DNA of 64,000 bases from Patescibacteria group bacterium (GCA_038063735.1 JBBTUN010000004.1:190921-254920), one strand, 5' to 3'; counted from the first letter of the stretch, positions 9,834 through 20,909 are shown. Notes: generated by a model from the letters alone, not told the origin. Translations and numbers: made by a program.

Positions 9834-11263
9834 TTGCGCCAGTTTTATTAATTGGATTAATCTTAAGACTTGTTAGTCTTGACCAGAGTCTTTGGCTTGA
9901 TGAAGGAATAAATGCAACTTTTGCGCGTTCCTTAAGCTACAGCAAATTGATCTTTAGTTATCCTTTGGGTGATTTTCATCCACCGCTCTATCACGTAATA
10001 TTAAAATCGTTCATATCACTATTTGGCTCTTCAGAAATCTCCCTTAGAATACCATCCGTCATTTTGGGCGTAATGACAGTTTTTATAACATATTTAATAG
10101 GCAAAAAACTTTACGACAAAAAAACCGGTGTTATTGCAGCTCTGCTTATAGCGACAGGCCCCCTGCATATTTATTATTCCCAAGAAGCAAGAATGTATAT
10201 GCTGGCAGCTTTTCTTGCCAGCTTATCCGTATATTTTTTTGTATCACTTTTAATAAAAGATAGGCTCCTCTTGTGGGTAGGCTTTATTTTGTCAACTGCA
10301 TTAATGCTTTATAGTGATTATCTTCCGTACATACTTTTGCCTGTATACGTTTTATTTTTAATAGTCTCACGTAAAAAATTTGCTAAAAATACCTTAAAAT
10401 CTTTTATTCCTGCATTCTTGTTAATATTGCTGTTAATTGTTCCCTGGCTTCTCATGCTACCACAGCAATTAAAGGTAGGTTTATCCGCATCGGCTGCTTC
10501 TCCGGCTTGGTCTGGCGTCGTTGGTAGCTCGAGTATTAAAGATCTTGGTTTAGCTTTCGTAAAGTTTGCAATAGGGAGAATCTCAAACGACAATAATTTG
10601 TCATACGCCCTTCTCTTTTTGCCAATTGGGCTTTACTTTTCATTTTTGTTTTTAATTTCAACTTTAAGGCTAACGCGCATTAGATCATTCTTATGGTTCT
10701 ACTTATTGCTCCCTCCGGTAGTTGCGTTTTTGATATCTTTTTTTGTTCCTGTTTTTTCCTATTTCAGAATGTTATTTATTTTACCGGCGTTTTATATATT
10801 GCTCGCCGCAGGAATTAACAACATTAACTGGTCACTACCTACGAGGACATTTCTGTCATTGGCTCTTATAATAAATTTAACATCAACCTTCATTTATTTT
10901 GCCAACCCAAAATTCCAAAGAGAAGATTGGAAAAATGCAACTAAGTATGTCACTGCCAACTCGGATTCAAAAACATTGGTTTTGTTCGAGTCTAACTTTT
11001 CAATGCCGCCTTTTGACTACTATAATAATGGCGCTGTCGAGGCAAGAGGTGCCCTTGAAAGCTTTGATCCCACCCAAGGGAATGTCGTTCAAAATATAAC
11101 TAGTTACACCCAAAACAAAAACAAAGTATTTCTCTTTCAGTACCTGTCACCAATAACAGACCCTCAGGGCTTTGCTTTTCAATCGCTTATCGACCTGCAC
11201 TTTATCAATACAAAAACCGATAATTTCCAAGGAGTTGGATTTGTTTACGAATTTGTAAAATGA
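9830..11263 (+). CDS. GT39/ArnT-like polytopic membrane glycosyltransferase
   Basis: 477 aa multi-TM; first extracytoplasmic loop with LWLDEG motif typical of ArnT/PMT family. Confidence 0.6.
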   Translation: MIAPVLLIGLILRLVSLDQSLWLDEGINATFARSLSYSKLIFSYPLGDFHPPLYHVILKSFISLFGSSEISLRIPSVILGVMTVFITYLIGKKLYDKKTGVIAALLIATGPLHIYYSQEARMYMLAAFLASLSVYFFVSLLIKDRLLLWVGFILSTALMLYSDYLPYILLPVYVLFLIVSRKKFAKNTLKSFIPAFLLILLLIVPWLLMLPQQLKVGLSASAASPAWSGVVGSSSIKDLGLAFVKFAIGRISNDNNLSYALLFLPIGLYFSFLFLISTLRLTRIRSFLWFYLLLPPVVAFLISFFVPVFSYFRMLFILPAFYILLAAGINNINWSLPTRTFLSLALIINLTSTFIYFANPKFQREDWKNATKYVTANSDSKTLVLFESNFSMPPFDYYNNGAVEARGALESFDPTQGNVVQNITSYTQNKNKVFLFQYLSPITDPQGFAFQSLIDLHFINTKTDNFQGVGFVYEFVK

Positions 11264-11282
11264 ATAAATATGCATCATCTTT

Positions 11283-12032
11283 ATGAATTTAAACGTTGAG
11301 AAAAATTTGAGAAATTTTTTCGATAAGTATTTTTGGGGCCAGCATCCAGAAGCTGCTTTGCGTTACGCCCCTGTTGTTTCGGAAATTAAAAAAGCAAAAC
11401 TGCAAAATTCAAAAATACTTGAAATTGGATCCGGCTCTTTGGGCATCACCCCTTATTTTAAAAAGAGGATAGATGGAGTTGACATTGATTTCGCTGGTCC
11501 AAAAAGTGACTATTTGAATAAAATCAAAGGAAGTGGATCAAAATTGCCTTTTCGCAAAAATACTTACGATGTGTCAATATCTGTTGACGTTTTGGAACAC
11601 ATTTTGCCTACTGACAGAGAAAAAGCGATTTTTGAAATGATGAGGGTTACAAAAAAATTGGCGATCATCGTTGTTCCTTGCGGAAAAGGCGCAGAAGAAC
11701 AGGATAGGCAACTAAACATGTATTGGCAAAAACTTATGAAAAGTAAAAATAAATTTCTAACTGAACACGTAGAAAATGGCTTGCCCAAAGCAGATGAAAC
11801 GCTTGTTTACATCGACCGCGCCAAAAGGCTCCTTAACAAAAATGCAACAGTAACGTCATACCCTAATCTAAATTTATTTGTTAGAAATGTGCTTATGAAA
11901 ACATGGATTACCAACAACAAGTATATTTACTACCTTTACCTAAAAGGTTATTTATTTGCAGTCCCAATTTTAAAATTTTTCAACTTTTCGAAGGCTTATC
12001 GACGCGTGTTTGTGATAAAATTCGCGTATTGA
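11283..12032 (+). CDS. Class I SAM-dependent methyltransferase
   Basis: ILEIGSGSLG glycine-rich SAM motif and DVSISVDVLEHI motif II. Confidence 0.6.
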   Translation: MNLNVEKNLRNFFDKYFWGQHPEAALRYAPVVSEIKKAKLQNSKILEIGSGSLGITPYFKKRIDGVDIDFAGPKSDYLNKIKGSGSKLPFRKNTYDVSISVDVLEHILPTDREKAIFEMMRVTKKLAIIVVPCGKGAEEQDRQLNMYWQKLMKSKNKFLTEHVENGLPKADETLVYIDRAKRLLNKNATVTSYPNLNLFVRNVLMKTWITNNKYIYYLYLKGYLFAVPILKFFNFSKAYRRVFVIKFAY

Positions 12033-13162
12033 AAATAGCAATCGATGTATCTCAAATTGTTTATCAAACAGGTGTATCACGTTACACAGAGAACTTAGTC
12101 GAGTCATTGCTCAAAGTCGACAATAAAAACGATTATCTCCTCTTTGGAACATCACTTCGACAGCTCCCTAGACTAAACAAGCTTAAAAAAAAATTTGCAG
12201 CTCTTGAGAATGTCCAGTTCAAATTTTTTCCTTTTCCAATTGGCTTTTTTGAAATTATTTTCAACAAAATTCACCTAATTAAGCTTGAAAAGGTTATAGG
12301 CAATTTTGATATTTTACACACCTCCGATTGGATTGAGCCGGCGATAAATCAGAATGAGTCAAAGAAGATAACCACGATTCACGATGTGGTTCCTTATCTT
12401 TTCCCATCTTCCCTGCCAAGGAGGATACTCAAAAACCAAGAGGTACGTCTAAAACTTGTCAAAAAAGAATCCGATTTAATAATTGCTGTATCAAATTCAA
12501 CAAAAGAAGATGTTGTTAAATTTTTAGAAATTCCAAATGAAAGAATAAGAGTAATAAACAATGCCGCATCGCCAGCATTTAAGCCCCAGCTAGAGGAAAA
12601 AATCAACGAGGTTTTATCTAAATTCAAAATAAAAAAACCGTATATTCTCTCAGTAGCAACGCAGGAACCACGGAAAAATATACAAAAACTTGTGGATGCT
12701 TTTGAAAAGATTAATAAAGCAAAACCAGAACTTAATTTAGTCTTAACCGGAAAATACGGGTGGGGTCCGGCGCTGGATGTTGTCCCAAACGTAATCCAGA
12801 CAGGTTTCGTAAAAGAAGAAGAATTAATATCTCTTTATGCCGGTTGCGCTGTTTTTGTTTACCCATCTCTTTATGAAGGTTTTGGTTTGCCCGTGTTGGA
12901 GGCCATGGCTTGTGGGGCTCCGGTTATCACATCTAATAATTCGTCACTTGTCGAAATTGCCAAAGACGCAGCAATTCTCATTGACCCCAGGAGCGAAGGA
13001 CAACTGAAAAAAGCGCTTGAGATCATTCTTAATTTGGATACCGAGGACCGTCAAAAAATGGTCAGAGCAAGCCTAGATCGCGCAAGGCAGTATTCCTGGT
13101 CTAAAACGGCAAAAGAAACCTTAAAAGTCTACGAAGAGTTAGCAAGAATCATTGTCAGATGA
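12029..13162 (+). CDS. Glycosyltransferase family 4 (probable TTG start overlapping upstream stop, TTGA)
   Basis: EGFGLPVLEAMACGAPVITSNNSSL motif; GT4-like N-terminus begins at LKIAIDV (TTG at 12029), upstream 42 aa of the tracked ORF are not GT-like. Confidence 0.7.
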   Translation: MKIAIDVSQIVYQTGVSRYTENLVESLLKVDNKNDYLLFGTSLRQLPRLNKLKKKFAALENVQFKFFPFPIGFFEIIFNKIHLIKLEKVIGNFDILHTSDWIEPAINQNESKKITTIHDVVPYLFPSSLPRRILKNQEVRLKLVKKESDLIIAVSNSTKEDVVKFLEIPNERIRVINNAASPAFKPQLEEKINEVLSKFKIKKPYILSVATQEPRKNIQKLVDAFEKINKAKPELNLVLTGKYGWGPALDVVPNVIQTGFVKEEELISLYAGCAVFVYPSLYEGFGLPVLEAMACGAPVITSNNSSLVEIAKDAAILIDPRSEGQLKKALEIILNLDTEDRQKMVRASLDRARQYSWSKTAKETLKVYEELARIIVR

Positions 13163-13225
13163 AAACATCTCCCGTCAAGCTATAATTTCGTAGAAATTAC
13201 ATGAGTTTACGAATATAATTAAATT

Positions 13226-14323
13226 ATGTTAATAGGTCTAGATGGAAACGAAGCAAACGTCAAAAACAGAGTTGGCTCCGGTCAATACGCCTACTCCATG
13301 CTGGCACAATTTGCCAAAAATAAAAGCCACGATTTTATTGTTTATTTAAAAGAGAAACCACTCTCGGATTTGCCAACCAAAACGTCAAATTATAAATACC
13401 AGGTCTTTGGGCCTACAAGGCTTTGGACACAATTTGCCTTGCCTATTAAGCTCACATTCTCGTCAAAAATCGACCTGTTCTTTACACTTGGTCATTACGG
13501 CCCGCGTTTTTCCCGAGTTCCATACGCTATAACAATCTTTGATCTTTCGTATCTGCATTTTCCAGAACTTTTTAACAAAGACGATCTTTATCAGCTAATC
13601 AACTGGTCCAAATATTCAATTAAAGCCGCAAAGCACATTTTTGCAATTTCAACCTCTACCAAAGACGACATAATCAAAAATTACGATATAAATCCAAATA
13701 AAATCTCCATAACACACATGGGGTATAACGAAGAGCTTTTCAAACTACAGCCAACAGCAAAAATTAAAAAAGTTAAAGAAAAATACGCAATTACAGGAGA
13801 CTACATAATTTTCGTGGGCACGCTGCAGCCACGCAAAAACGTTGAGAGCCTTTTAAAAGCCCTAAAATTAATAGACCTGGGTATTAAGCTGGTTGTTGTA
13901 GGTAAAAAAGGGTGGTTATTTGACTCTATTTTTAAAAAAGTTAGAGAATCAAAACTCGAGGCAAACGTAATTTTTACGGACTATGTTACTCAGCAGGAAC
14001 TGCCAGCCTTAATTTCCGGAGCTAAACTATATGTTTTACCTTCGCTCTACGAAGGATTTGGCATTCCGGTTATCGAGGCTCAAGCCTGCGGAGTACCGAC
14101 TGTGGTATCAAACACATCCAGCTTGCCTGAGGTAGTAGGCAAGAGTGGAGTATTAATAGACCCTACAGATTCCAATTCTATTGCAAAGGGAATTAAAAAA
14201 ATTCTTTCAAGCGAAAAATTATCTCAAGATTTGGTTAAAATGGGCTACGAAAACGTAAAGCGCTTCTCCTGGGAAAAATGCGCCGCCGAAACTCTCAAAG
14301 TTCTGGAATCACTAAACCGATAG
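13226..14323 (+). CDS. Glycosyltransferase family 4
   Basis: EGFGIPVIEAQACGVPTVVSNTSSLPE motif. Confidence 0.75.
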   Translation: MLIGLDGNEANVKNRVGSGQYAYSMLAQFAKNKSHDFIVYLKEKPLSDLPTKTSNYKYQVFGPTRLWTQFALPIKLTFSSKIDLFFTLGHYGPRFSRVPYAITIFDLSYLHFPELFNKDDLYQLINWSKYSIKAAKHIFAISTSTKDDIIKNYDINPNKISITHMGYNEELFKLQPTAKIKKVKEKYAITGDYIIFVGTLQPRKNVESLLKALKLIDLGIKLVVVGKKGWLFDSIFKKVRESKLEANVIFTDYVTQQELPALISGAKLYVLPSLYEGFGIPVIEAQACGVPTVVSNTSSLPEVVGKSGVLIDPTDSNSIAKGIKKILSSEKLSQDLVKMGYENVKRFSWEKCAAETLKVLESLNR

Positions 14324-14335
14324 TAAAGTGGCAAT

Positions 14336-14364
14336 TTGCCCAAAAACTGAACCCATAGTACAAT
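14336..14364 (+). promoter_or_regulatory. Weak promoter candidate upstream of the acetyltransferase gene
   Basis: TTGCCC, 17-nt spacer, TACAAT (14359-14364). Confidence 0.25.
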
Positions 14365-14366
14365 AA

Positions 14367-14999
14367 TTGGTAAAGTTAACCGCCATTGTTTATATTAAAT
14401 GTATGAAGGACCGAATGGGCAAAGACCTATCTTCAACTGAAATCGCTGCAAAAGCGGCGAGTCGCATTAATTGGATCTTAATGGATTTTTGGCTGTACAT
14501 TCTCAATCGTCTTGCTTATAACGTACCCTTCCACTTTATTCGCAGATTTTTCTTTGTGATATCTGGAATGAAAATGGGAAAAGATTCGTTTATCCATATG
14601 TGGTCGCGTGTTTATAACCCCGCAGGCATAGAAATCGGCGAAGGCACAATAGTTGGCGACCACGCATTCCTAGACGGCCGTGCACCGCTTATCATTGGAA
14701 ACCATGTCGATATCGCCTCTCAAGTTTTAATTTACAACAGTGAACACGATGTTCATTCCAGCGGATTCGATCCACGAGAAGAGCCTGTGGAAATTGGCGA
14801 CTACGCGTTTATAGGGCCAAGAGTAACGATTTTGCCTGGAGTTAAAATAGGTAGAGGAGCAATAGTTGCAGCCGGCGCAGTTGTAGTAGAAAACGTCGGT
14901 GACTTTGAAATAGTTGGTGGGGTACCCGCCAAAAAAATCGGGGAGAGAAAAAACAAGGATCCGCACTACAAACTTGGCCGCGCCCGTCTTTTTCAATGA
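14367..14999 (+). CDS. Hexapeptide-repeat (left-handed beta-helix) sugar O-acetyltransferase, WcaF/WbbJ-like
   Basis: Repeated [LIV]G-x4 hexapeptide units: IEIGEGTIVGDHAFLDG...VEIGDYAFIGPRVTILPGVKIGRGAIVAAGAVV. Confidence 0.7.
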   Translation: MVKLTAIVYIKCMKDRMGKDLSSTEIAAKAASRINWILMDFWLYILNRLAYNVPFHFIRRFFFVISGMKMGKDSFIHMWSRVYNPAGIEIGEGTIVGDHAFLDGRAPLIIGNHVDIASQVLIYNSEHDVHSSGFDPREEPVEIGDYAFIGPRVTILPGVKIGRGAIVAAGAVVVENVGDFEIVGGVPAKKIGERKNKDPHYKLGRARLFQ

Positions 15000-15868
15000 T
15001 TCCAGCAATCTTTTTATTTGCACTGGTATTAGGTGGAGCAGGCTCGGCGCTCATTAAATTTGGTGGCAGCCAAATCAATCCAATTGCCCTCGTTTTCTTT
15101 CGGGCACTCGTTTCACTTATTATTGTGCTGCCCTTTGTAAACAGGCAGGAAGTGACCACAGCTATTAAAAACTCAAAAACATTAATAGCAGCAGGATTAT
15201 TGTTTGCTCTAAACTGGATATTTTTTGCATACGGTATTCAAAGAACTAATGTGTTCGTCGGTCAGCTCATCTATGTCCCCACGTCGCTGATCGTAGCAGG
15301 ATTAGGCTACTTCCTTTTAAGGGAAAAATTAACAAAAATACAAATAATAGGACTTTTACTCACCTTAGTCGGAATGCTTATTTTATTTCTTGGTGCGCTT
15401 GGATCTCAAGAAACATTCTCCTTGGGCACCCCGCTCGGCAACTTTTTGGTCATGGGCGGCCTTATCTCATGGTCACTGTATATAATAATTACTAGAAAAG
15501 TAAGTGACAAATTTAGCCCTCTTAGCATCATATTCGTAGATTTTTTCCTGACAACAATACTATCCGGCATCTTGTTAATTCCTGCATCTGGACAAACAGA
15601 TTTTTTGCTATTGAAGTTTGAACCAAACTTAATTCTTTCAATTATCGCAGCCGCTGTTATCTCTTCCGTGGGATTTTTTATTTTGAGTCAATGGCTTATA
15701 AAAAATACCTCAGCCTTTATATCTTCCACTTTTATTTATCCAACTACACTGTCTGCGTTGGTATACGGAATAATTTTTTTTGGGGAGAGATTGTCCTTGG
15801 TAATAATTTTAGCTAGTATTTTAATACTGGTTGGCGTTTTTCTTGGTACAAACCTATCCATAAATTAA
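14996..15868 (+). CDS. EamA/DMT-superfamily transporter
   Basis: 290 aa, ~10 TM helices in two repeated halves. Confidence 0.5.
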   Translation: MIPAIFLFALVLGGAGSALIKFGGSQINPIALVFFRALVSLIIVLPFVNRQEVTTAIKNSKTLIAAGLLFALNWIFFAYGIQRTNVFVGQLIYVPTSLIVAGLGYFLLREKLTKIQIIGLLLTLVGMLILFLGALGSQETFSLGTPLGNFLVMGGLISWSLYIIITRKVSDKFSPLSIIFVDFFLTTILSGILLIPASGQTDFLLLKFEPNLILSIIAAAVISSVGFFILSQWLIKNTSAFISSTFIYPTTLSALVYGIIFFGERLSLVIILASILILVGVFLGTNLSIN

Positions 15869-15876
15869 GAAGTAAA

Positions 15877-16770
15877 ATGGACGTAACCGTAATTATTGTC
15901 AACTGGAATACAAAAAAACTTCTTCAGGATTGCCTTGAATCCATTTATAAATTTACTAAAGGCATCTCGTTTGAGGTAATAGTTGTCGACAACGCTTCGG
16001 AAGATGGCAGCCAAACAATGGTAAGGCAAAAATTTCCCCAAGTTAAATTAATCCAAAACAAAAACAACGCAGGTTTTGCAACAGCTAACAATCAAGGCAT
16101 AAGAGAGGCAAAAGGAAAATATATTTTTCTCCTTAACTCAGACGCGTATTTGATAGAAAATTCGCTTAAAAAACTTCTGGAAATTGGCGATTCAAACAAA
16201 AATTTAGGGGTTCTGTGCCCCCTGCTCCTTAACGAAGACAAAAGTATTCAACAATCTGTCGGATTTTCTCCCAACTTATGGCGGGTATTTTTATGGATGA
16301 CTTTTATAGATGATCTGCCTTTTGGCTATCTCTTAAAACCATTTCATGTTGATCATGATGCTTTTTACAAAAATTCCCAGGAAATAGATTGGGCAAGTGG
16401 CGCCGCAATCTTAATTCCAAAAACTGTCATAAAAAAAGCAGGTTTACTTGACGAAAAAATCTTTATGTATGGTGAGGATGTCGAGTGGTGCTATCGCATT
16501 AAAGTTTCAGGCTTTTCCAATTATTTTTCACCGAAAACCAAGATCATTCACATTGGCAGGGGATCCAGCGGTAAAATTGCCAAAAATGCTTTCTTGGGAG
16601 AATACATAGGTCTCATTTACTTTTACAAAAAGCACAGGGGAGTTATTTCTTTGCAATTACTGCTAGTCTTCCTTAAAATAGGAGCACTGGCAAGAATTTT
16701 TATCTTCTCTATTTTGGGGAGAAAAGAGCTTGCCAAAGTTTATGAAGAAGCTTTTAAAGTGGCTGGATGA
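15877..16770 (+). CDS. Glycosyltransferase family 2
   Basis: VTVIIVNWNT...VVDNASEDGS...NSDAY motifs. Confidence 0.7.
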   Translation: MDVTVIIVNWNTKKLLQDCLESIYKFTKGISFEVIVVDNASEDGSQTMVRQKFPQVKLIQNKNNAGFATANNQGIREAKGKYIFLLNSDAYLIENSLKKLLEIGDSNKNLGVLCPLLLNEDKSIQQSVGFSPNLWRVFLWMTFIDDLPFGYLLKPFHVDHDAFYKNSQEIDWASGAAILIPKTVIKKAGLLDEKIFMYGEDVEWCYRIKVSGFSNYFSPKTKIIHIGRGSSGKIAKNAFLGEYIGLIYFYKKHRGVISLQLLLVFLKIGALARIFIFSILGRKELAKVYEEAFKVAG

Positions 16771-18289
16771 TCATATTTTAGAGTATCTAGCCTTTGCCCT
16801 TCTTATAATTATTCCTCTTTACCCTAAAATTCCCCTCGCGGATATTTTACCGGGTTACATTGTAAGAATCCGTTTGGACGATTTTTTGGTAGGTTTTACT
16901 TTTTTGGTTTGGGCAATATGGGTTGTTCGCAAAAAGGTTACCTTAAAAGATAATCCACTCCTTGTCCCAATTATAATTTACATAATTATTGGCTTTATTT
17001 CATCCCTTTCTGCAATATTCATAACTAAAACTGTACCATTTCAGGCAATCCATATAGAAAAAATCTTTCTTCACTGGGCAAGAAGAATCGAATATTTTTC
17101 CGTGTTTTTCGTATTTTTCTCATCAATTAAGTCACTTGTGCAAATTAAAAAATATGTTTATCTGGCAGCCATCGTGTTGTTGCTCGTGTCCATTTATGGT
17201 TTCGGTCAAAAATATTACAGATTTCCGGTTTACTCTACAATGAACCGGGAATTTTCCAAGGGTATTGCGCTCTATTTAAGCGACCACGGGCGTGTACTTT
17301 CCACGTTTGGTGGCCATTATGACCTTGCAGCATATTTAATGATTGTTCTCACATTATTTATTCCTCTTGCCCTTGTTGTTAAAAAATGGTGGCAGAAATT
17401 GTTATTTTTTATCGTTTCCATGTTTGGTTTTTGGCTACTCATACTGACAGTATCAAGGACATCGTTTCTTGCTTATTTAGTTTCAATAACCGTAGTATTT
17501 GGGGTTCTAATTCTTAAAAAAGGGTGGTTTTGGGCACTCTCCAGGTGGTTTGCAGTCATACTAATCTCAATGACAATAATGTTGTCTTTCGGTCAACTTT
17601 CCGAGAGGTTCGCGCACTTATTAAAAATGGATAGCTTAATTGCTGTTGCCTTTAAACCTTTAAAAGATGCACCAAGTGGGGCCGGCACCGCCTTTTTAGA
17701 TGTTGGCTCAAAATCAGATATACCCCCAAGTGCCCAAAAACCGGGGCAGGAGCAAAAACCTGCTGACGTTTATACGGATGTCCCGGAATATGGTAATGAT
17801 GAAGGTTTACCTTCCACCCTCGCTGCAAAGCCAAGGATTTACTCCCAAAACGCCATTCAGTATGACCTTTCAACTAGTATTAGGCTAGACTACACCTGGC
17901 CAAAGGCGATACAGGGTTTTACCAGAAATCCCCTCCTAGGCTCAGGCTACTCGACATTAACAAAAGCTAATATTGAAGATTTTACAGAAGCAGAATCAAC
18001 CGATAACGATTTTCTTCGCACACTTGGAGAAACCGGCATGCTCGGTTTCCTGTCCTTTTACGGAATTATCGCCGTAGTTTGCTACCAAGCCTTCTCCGGT
18101 TTTAGCAAGATAAAGGACTTGTTTCATGCAACCGTTGTTGCCGGCCTTTTTGCAGCTACAATCGGGCTTCTGGTAAACGCTTTTTATATAGATGTTTTTG
18201 TTGCATCAAAAGTTGCTTACACTTTTTGGATATTAGTCGCAATTCTTCTTGCAACTGTAAAATATTCAATCAACAATAAAAGCACGTGA
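16730..18289 (+). CDS. O-antigen ligase/polymerase-like (Wzy_C family) membrane protein
   Basis: 519 aa, ~12 TM with large extracytoplasmic loop; LTVSRTSFLAYL segment resembles Wzy_C core. Confidence 0.45.
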   Translation: MPKFMKKLLKWLDDHILEYLAFALLIIIPLYPKIPLADILPGYIVRIRLDDFLVGFTFLVWAIWVVRKKVTLKDNPLLVPIIIYIIIGFISSLSAIFITKTVPFQAIHIEKIFLHWARRIEYFSVFFVFFSSIKSLVQIKKYVYLAAIVLLLVSIYGFGQKYYRFPVYSTMNREFSKGIALYLSDHGRVLSTFGGHYDLAAYLMIVLTLFIPLALVVKKWWQKLLFFIVSMFGFWLLILTVSRTSFLAYLVSITVVFGVLILKKGWFWALSRWFAVILISMTIMLSFGQLSERFAHLLKMDSLIAVAFKPLKDAPSGAGTAFLDVGSKSDIPPSAQKPGQEQKPADVYTDVPEYGNDEGLPSTLAAKPRIYSQNAIQYDLSTSIRLDYTWPKAIQGFTRNPLLGSGYSTLTKANIEDFTEAESTDNDFLRTLGETGMLGFLSFYGIIAVVCYQAFSGFSKIKDLFHATVVAGLFAATIGLLVNAFYIDVFVASKVAYTFWILVAILLATVKYSINNKST

Positions 18290-19719
18290 AGAAAATTGAG
18301 CTTCTTATATTTGCAGCAATTATACTTTTGGCGCTTATTCTCAGACTCTATAAAATAGACAGGCCCCTTGCTGATTGGCACTCTTGGAGACAAGCAGATA
18401 CGGCAGCCGTTGCCCGGAATTTCATTAAAGAGGGCTATACGCCTTTCGTACCAAAGTTTGATGACATGTCGGCCCAAGCCAATGGACAAAATAACCCAAA
18501 TAGATATCGTTTTGTCGAATTTCCAATCTATAACTCAATTGTAGCCGCCGTTTGGCTAGTTACAGGGGTATCCACATTGTCCGCGCGGTTGGTAACCGTA
18601 GCTATCACTATTGCCTCTACAATATTTTTATATCTTGTTGTAAAGCACTTTTCTCAATGGGAAACAGCAGCCCTAGCGGCATTTTTCTTTGCAACAATCC
18701 CATACAATGTTTTTTACTCATCAACAATTCTACCCGGGCCATTCATGGTTTTTAGTCTTTTGGCGCTCTACTATTTCTTTATAAAATTTCTTCAAAAAGA
18801 AAATTTCGTTTTCCTCTTTCTTTCAGTCATTTTTACAAACCTGGCTCTTCTGTCTTGGCCAATAGCAGTTTTCTTTTTGCTGCCAATTGCATACTTGACC
18901 TTAGAAAAATATGGATTAAAGGGCATCAAAAACTATAAATTATGGATTTATGCCATTTTGTCAGTTTTACCGCTACTCGCCTGGAGAATTTGGATTCTAA
19001 AGTTTCCGGCAGGAATTCCAAACTGGCGTTTTTTAATTAACGAGGGAAACATTCGTTTTAAGGGGGCATTTTTCCGCTGGATTTTAGCAGAACGCTTAGG
19101 TAAATTAATCCTGACGGTTGGTGGTTTTGCTCTTGCAACTATTGGTGTTATTAAAAAGCCTGGAAACGAAAAACTCTTTTATTATTCACTATTTGCATCG
19201 TGTATTCTGTATGTTTCCATTTTTGCATCAGGCAATGTAAGACACGACTACTACCAAATTCCCTTAATCCCGATAGCAGCTATTTTTATGGCAATAGGCA
19301 CCCGTTGGTTAGTCGATTTTAAATCATCACTCTTAAATAAATATGTGTCTTTAACTGTTGTAGTGTTTTTGCTTTTTTTAATGTATGCGCTAGGCTGGTA
19401 TGAGGTCCAGGGTTACTACTGGATAAATAAGCCACAAATAATTACTGCAGGGGAAGCAGCCGACAGACTTCTGCCAAAAGACGCAACCGTCGTTGCTCCC
19501 TATAATGGCGACTCAGCGTTTTTATATGCCACAAACAGGTATGGTTACCCAATTGTAGACAGGCCCCTAACAACACTCGTCGGAGAAGGTACAAAATATT
19601 TAGTTACGGTAGATGTAGAAGATGCTGGCATAAAAAACATAATCGCAAACTGCATAGTTTTAGAAAAAACGACTGACTATGCAATTTTAGAAATGACACA
19701 AGAGTGTTTACAGCGGTAA
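18286..19719 (+). CDS. GT39/ArnT-like polytopic membrane glycosyltransferase
   Basis: N-terminal loop DWHSWRQADTA motif typical of ArnT/PMT_2 family; 477 aa multi-TM. Confidence 0.6.
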   Translation: MKKIELLIFAAIILLALILRLYKIDRPLADWHSWRQADTAAVARNFIKEGYTPFVPKFDDMSAQANGQNNPNRYRFVEFPIYNSIVAAVWLVTGVSTLSARLVTVAITIASTIFLYLVVKHFSQWETAALAAFFFATIPYNVFYSSTILPGPFMVFSLLALYYFFIKFLQKENFVFLFLSVIFTNLALLSWPIAVFFLLPIAYLTLEKYGLKGIKNYKLWIYAILSVLPLLAWRIWILKFPAGIPNWRFLINEGNIRFKGAFFRWILAERLGKLILTVGGFALATIGVIKKPGNEKLFYYSLFASCILYVSIFASGNVRHDYYQIPLIPIAAIFMAIGTRWLVDFKSSLLNKYVSLTVVVFLLFLMYALGWYEVQGYYWINKPQIITAGEAADRLLPKDATVVAPYNGDSAFLYATNRYGYPIVDRPLTTLVGEGTKYLVTVDVEDAGIKNIIANCIVLEKTTDYAILEMTQECLQR

Positions 19720-20909
19720 TGAAGATCCTAATGATCACCCCGTACTTACCTTATCCTTTGGTGTCTGGCGGACAAATACGCACTTATAACTTATTAAAAA
19801 ACTTATCCTCTAAACATAAAATTACCCTGGTCTCGTTCATAAGAGAACCGAAAGAGAAGCAATACTTAAAAGACTTAAAACCGTTTTGCGAAAATATTTT
19901 AGTTTATCAAAGGAGAAAAGCCTGGTCACCGCTTAATATAATTCTGGCAGCGGTTACCCCATACCCATTTTTAGTGTCAATTTATATAAGCAGGTCCTTG
20001 AGGCGGGATATAAGTAACCTTCTGGAAAAAGAGAATTTTGACCTGATTCACGCAGAAACATTTTACGTCATGCCGAATATCCCGCAAACTAACGTACCAA
20101 TATTTTTGGTAGAGCAGGTAATAGAGTACCTTGTTTACCAAAGGTTTGTAGAGGGGCTACCGTCCTGGTTTACATTTTTAAAACCATTTTTAAAATTCGA
20201 TGTGGCAAAAATTAAATGGTGGGAGAAGCATTACTGGACCAGGGCAAAAAGGTTAGCGGCCATGTCCCAAGACGACAAAAATTTCATAGAAGGAATAGAT
20301 TCTAGTTTGAAAGTCGATGTCGTTGCCAATGGAGTAGACATCCACTACTTTGCAAATATCAAAAAACAAAAGACAAATAAACCAACAATTTTATTTGTAG
20401 GAAACTTTAAATGGTTGCCAAACAGGGATGCGGCTCAATTTTTAGTAAAAGACATATGGCCGCTGATTAAATCCCAAATAACTGATGCCAGACTTTGGAT
20501 AGTTGGCAGAAACCCAACACCCGACCTTAAAAATTATGCATCTGGTGACATATCGATTGATGAGGGTGTTGGGGATATAAGAACAGCCTATGGCAAAAGT
20601 GACGTTCTTTTAGCACCAATCAGAAACGGTAGGGGAACAAAATATAAAATTCTGGAAGCAATGGCTACTAAAACTGCAATTGTAGGCACCCCTCTTGCAA
20701 CAGAAGGAATTAACATAATTAACAATAAACACGCACTTATCGGGGAATCAGCCAAAGATTTAGCCGAAAAAACCATTCGCTTGCTAAAAAATCACGAAGA
20801 AAGTAAAACCCTGGCACAAAACGCTTACGAGTTGGTAGCCACAGACTACAACTGGAAAAAAATATCAAATAGCCTGGACAAAGTTTATAGAGAGGTTGGC
20901 GCGAAGTAA
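19719..20909 (+). CDS. Glycosyltransferase family 4 (start at ATG overlapping upstream stop, TAATG)
   Basis: MKILMITPYLPYP... N-terminus typical of GT4; C-terminal GT-B domain. Confidence 0.7.
   Translation: MKILMITPYLPYPLVSGGQIRTYNLLKNLSSKHKITLVSFIREPKEKQYLKDLKPFCENILVYQRRKAWSPLNIILAAVTPYPFLVSIYISRSLRRDISNLLEKENFDLIHAETFYVMPNIPQTNVPIFLVEQVIEYLVYQRFVEGLPSWFTFLKPFLKFDVAKIKWWEKHYWTRAKRLAAMSQDDKNFIEGIDSSLKVDVVANGVDIHYFANIKKQKTNKPTILFVGNFKWLPNRDAAQFLVKDIWPLIKSQITDARLWIVGRNPTPDLKNYASGDISIDEGVGDIRTAYGKSDVLLAPIRNGRGTKYKILEAMATKTAIVGTPLATEGINIINNKHALIGESAKDLAEKTIRLLKNHEESKTLAQNAYELVATDYNWKKISNSLDKVYREVGAK

Noticed and set aside
12180-12195. Homopolymeric A9 tracts (here and at 46012-46020 in ddl) as phase-variation sites
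   Set aside because: In a genome this AT-rich, A-runs encoding Lys-Lys-Lys are expected by composition. One lies in the essential ddl gene, so a contingency-locus interpretation is unlikely.
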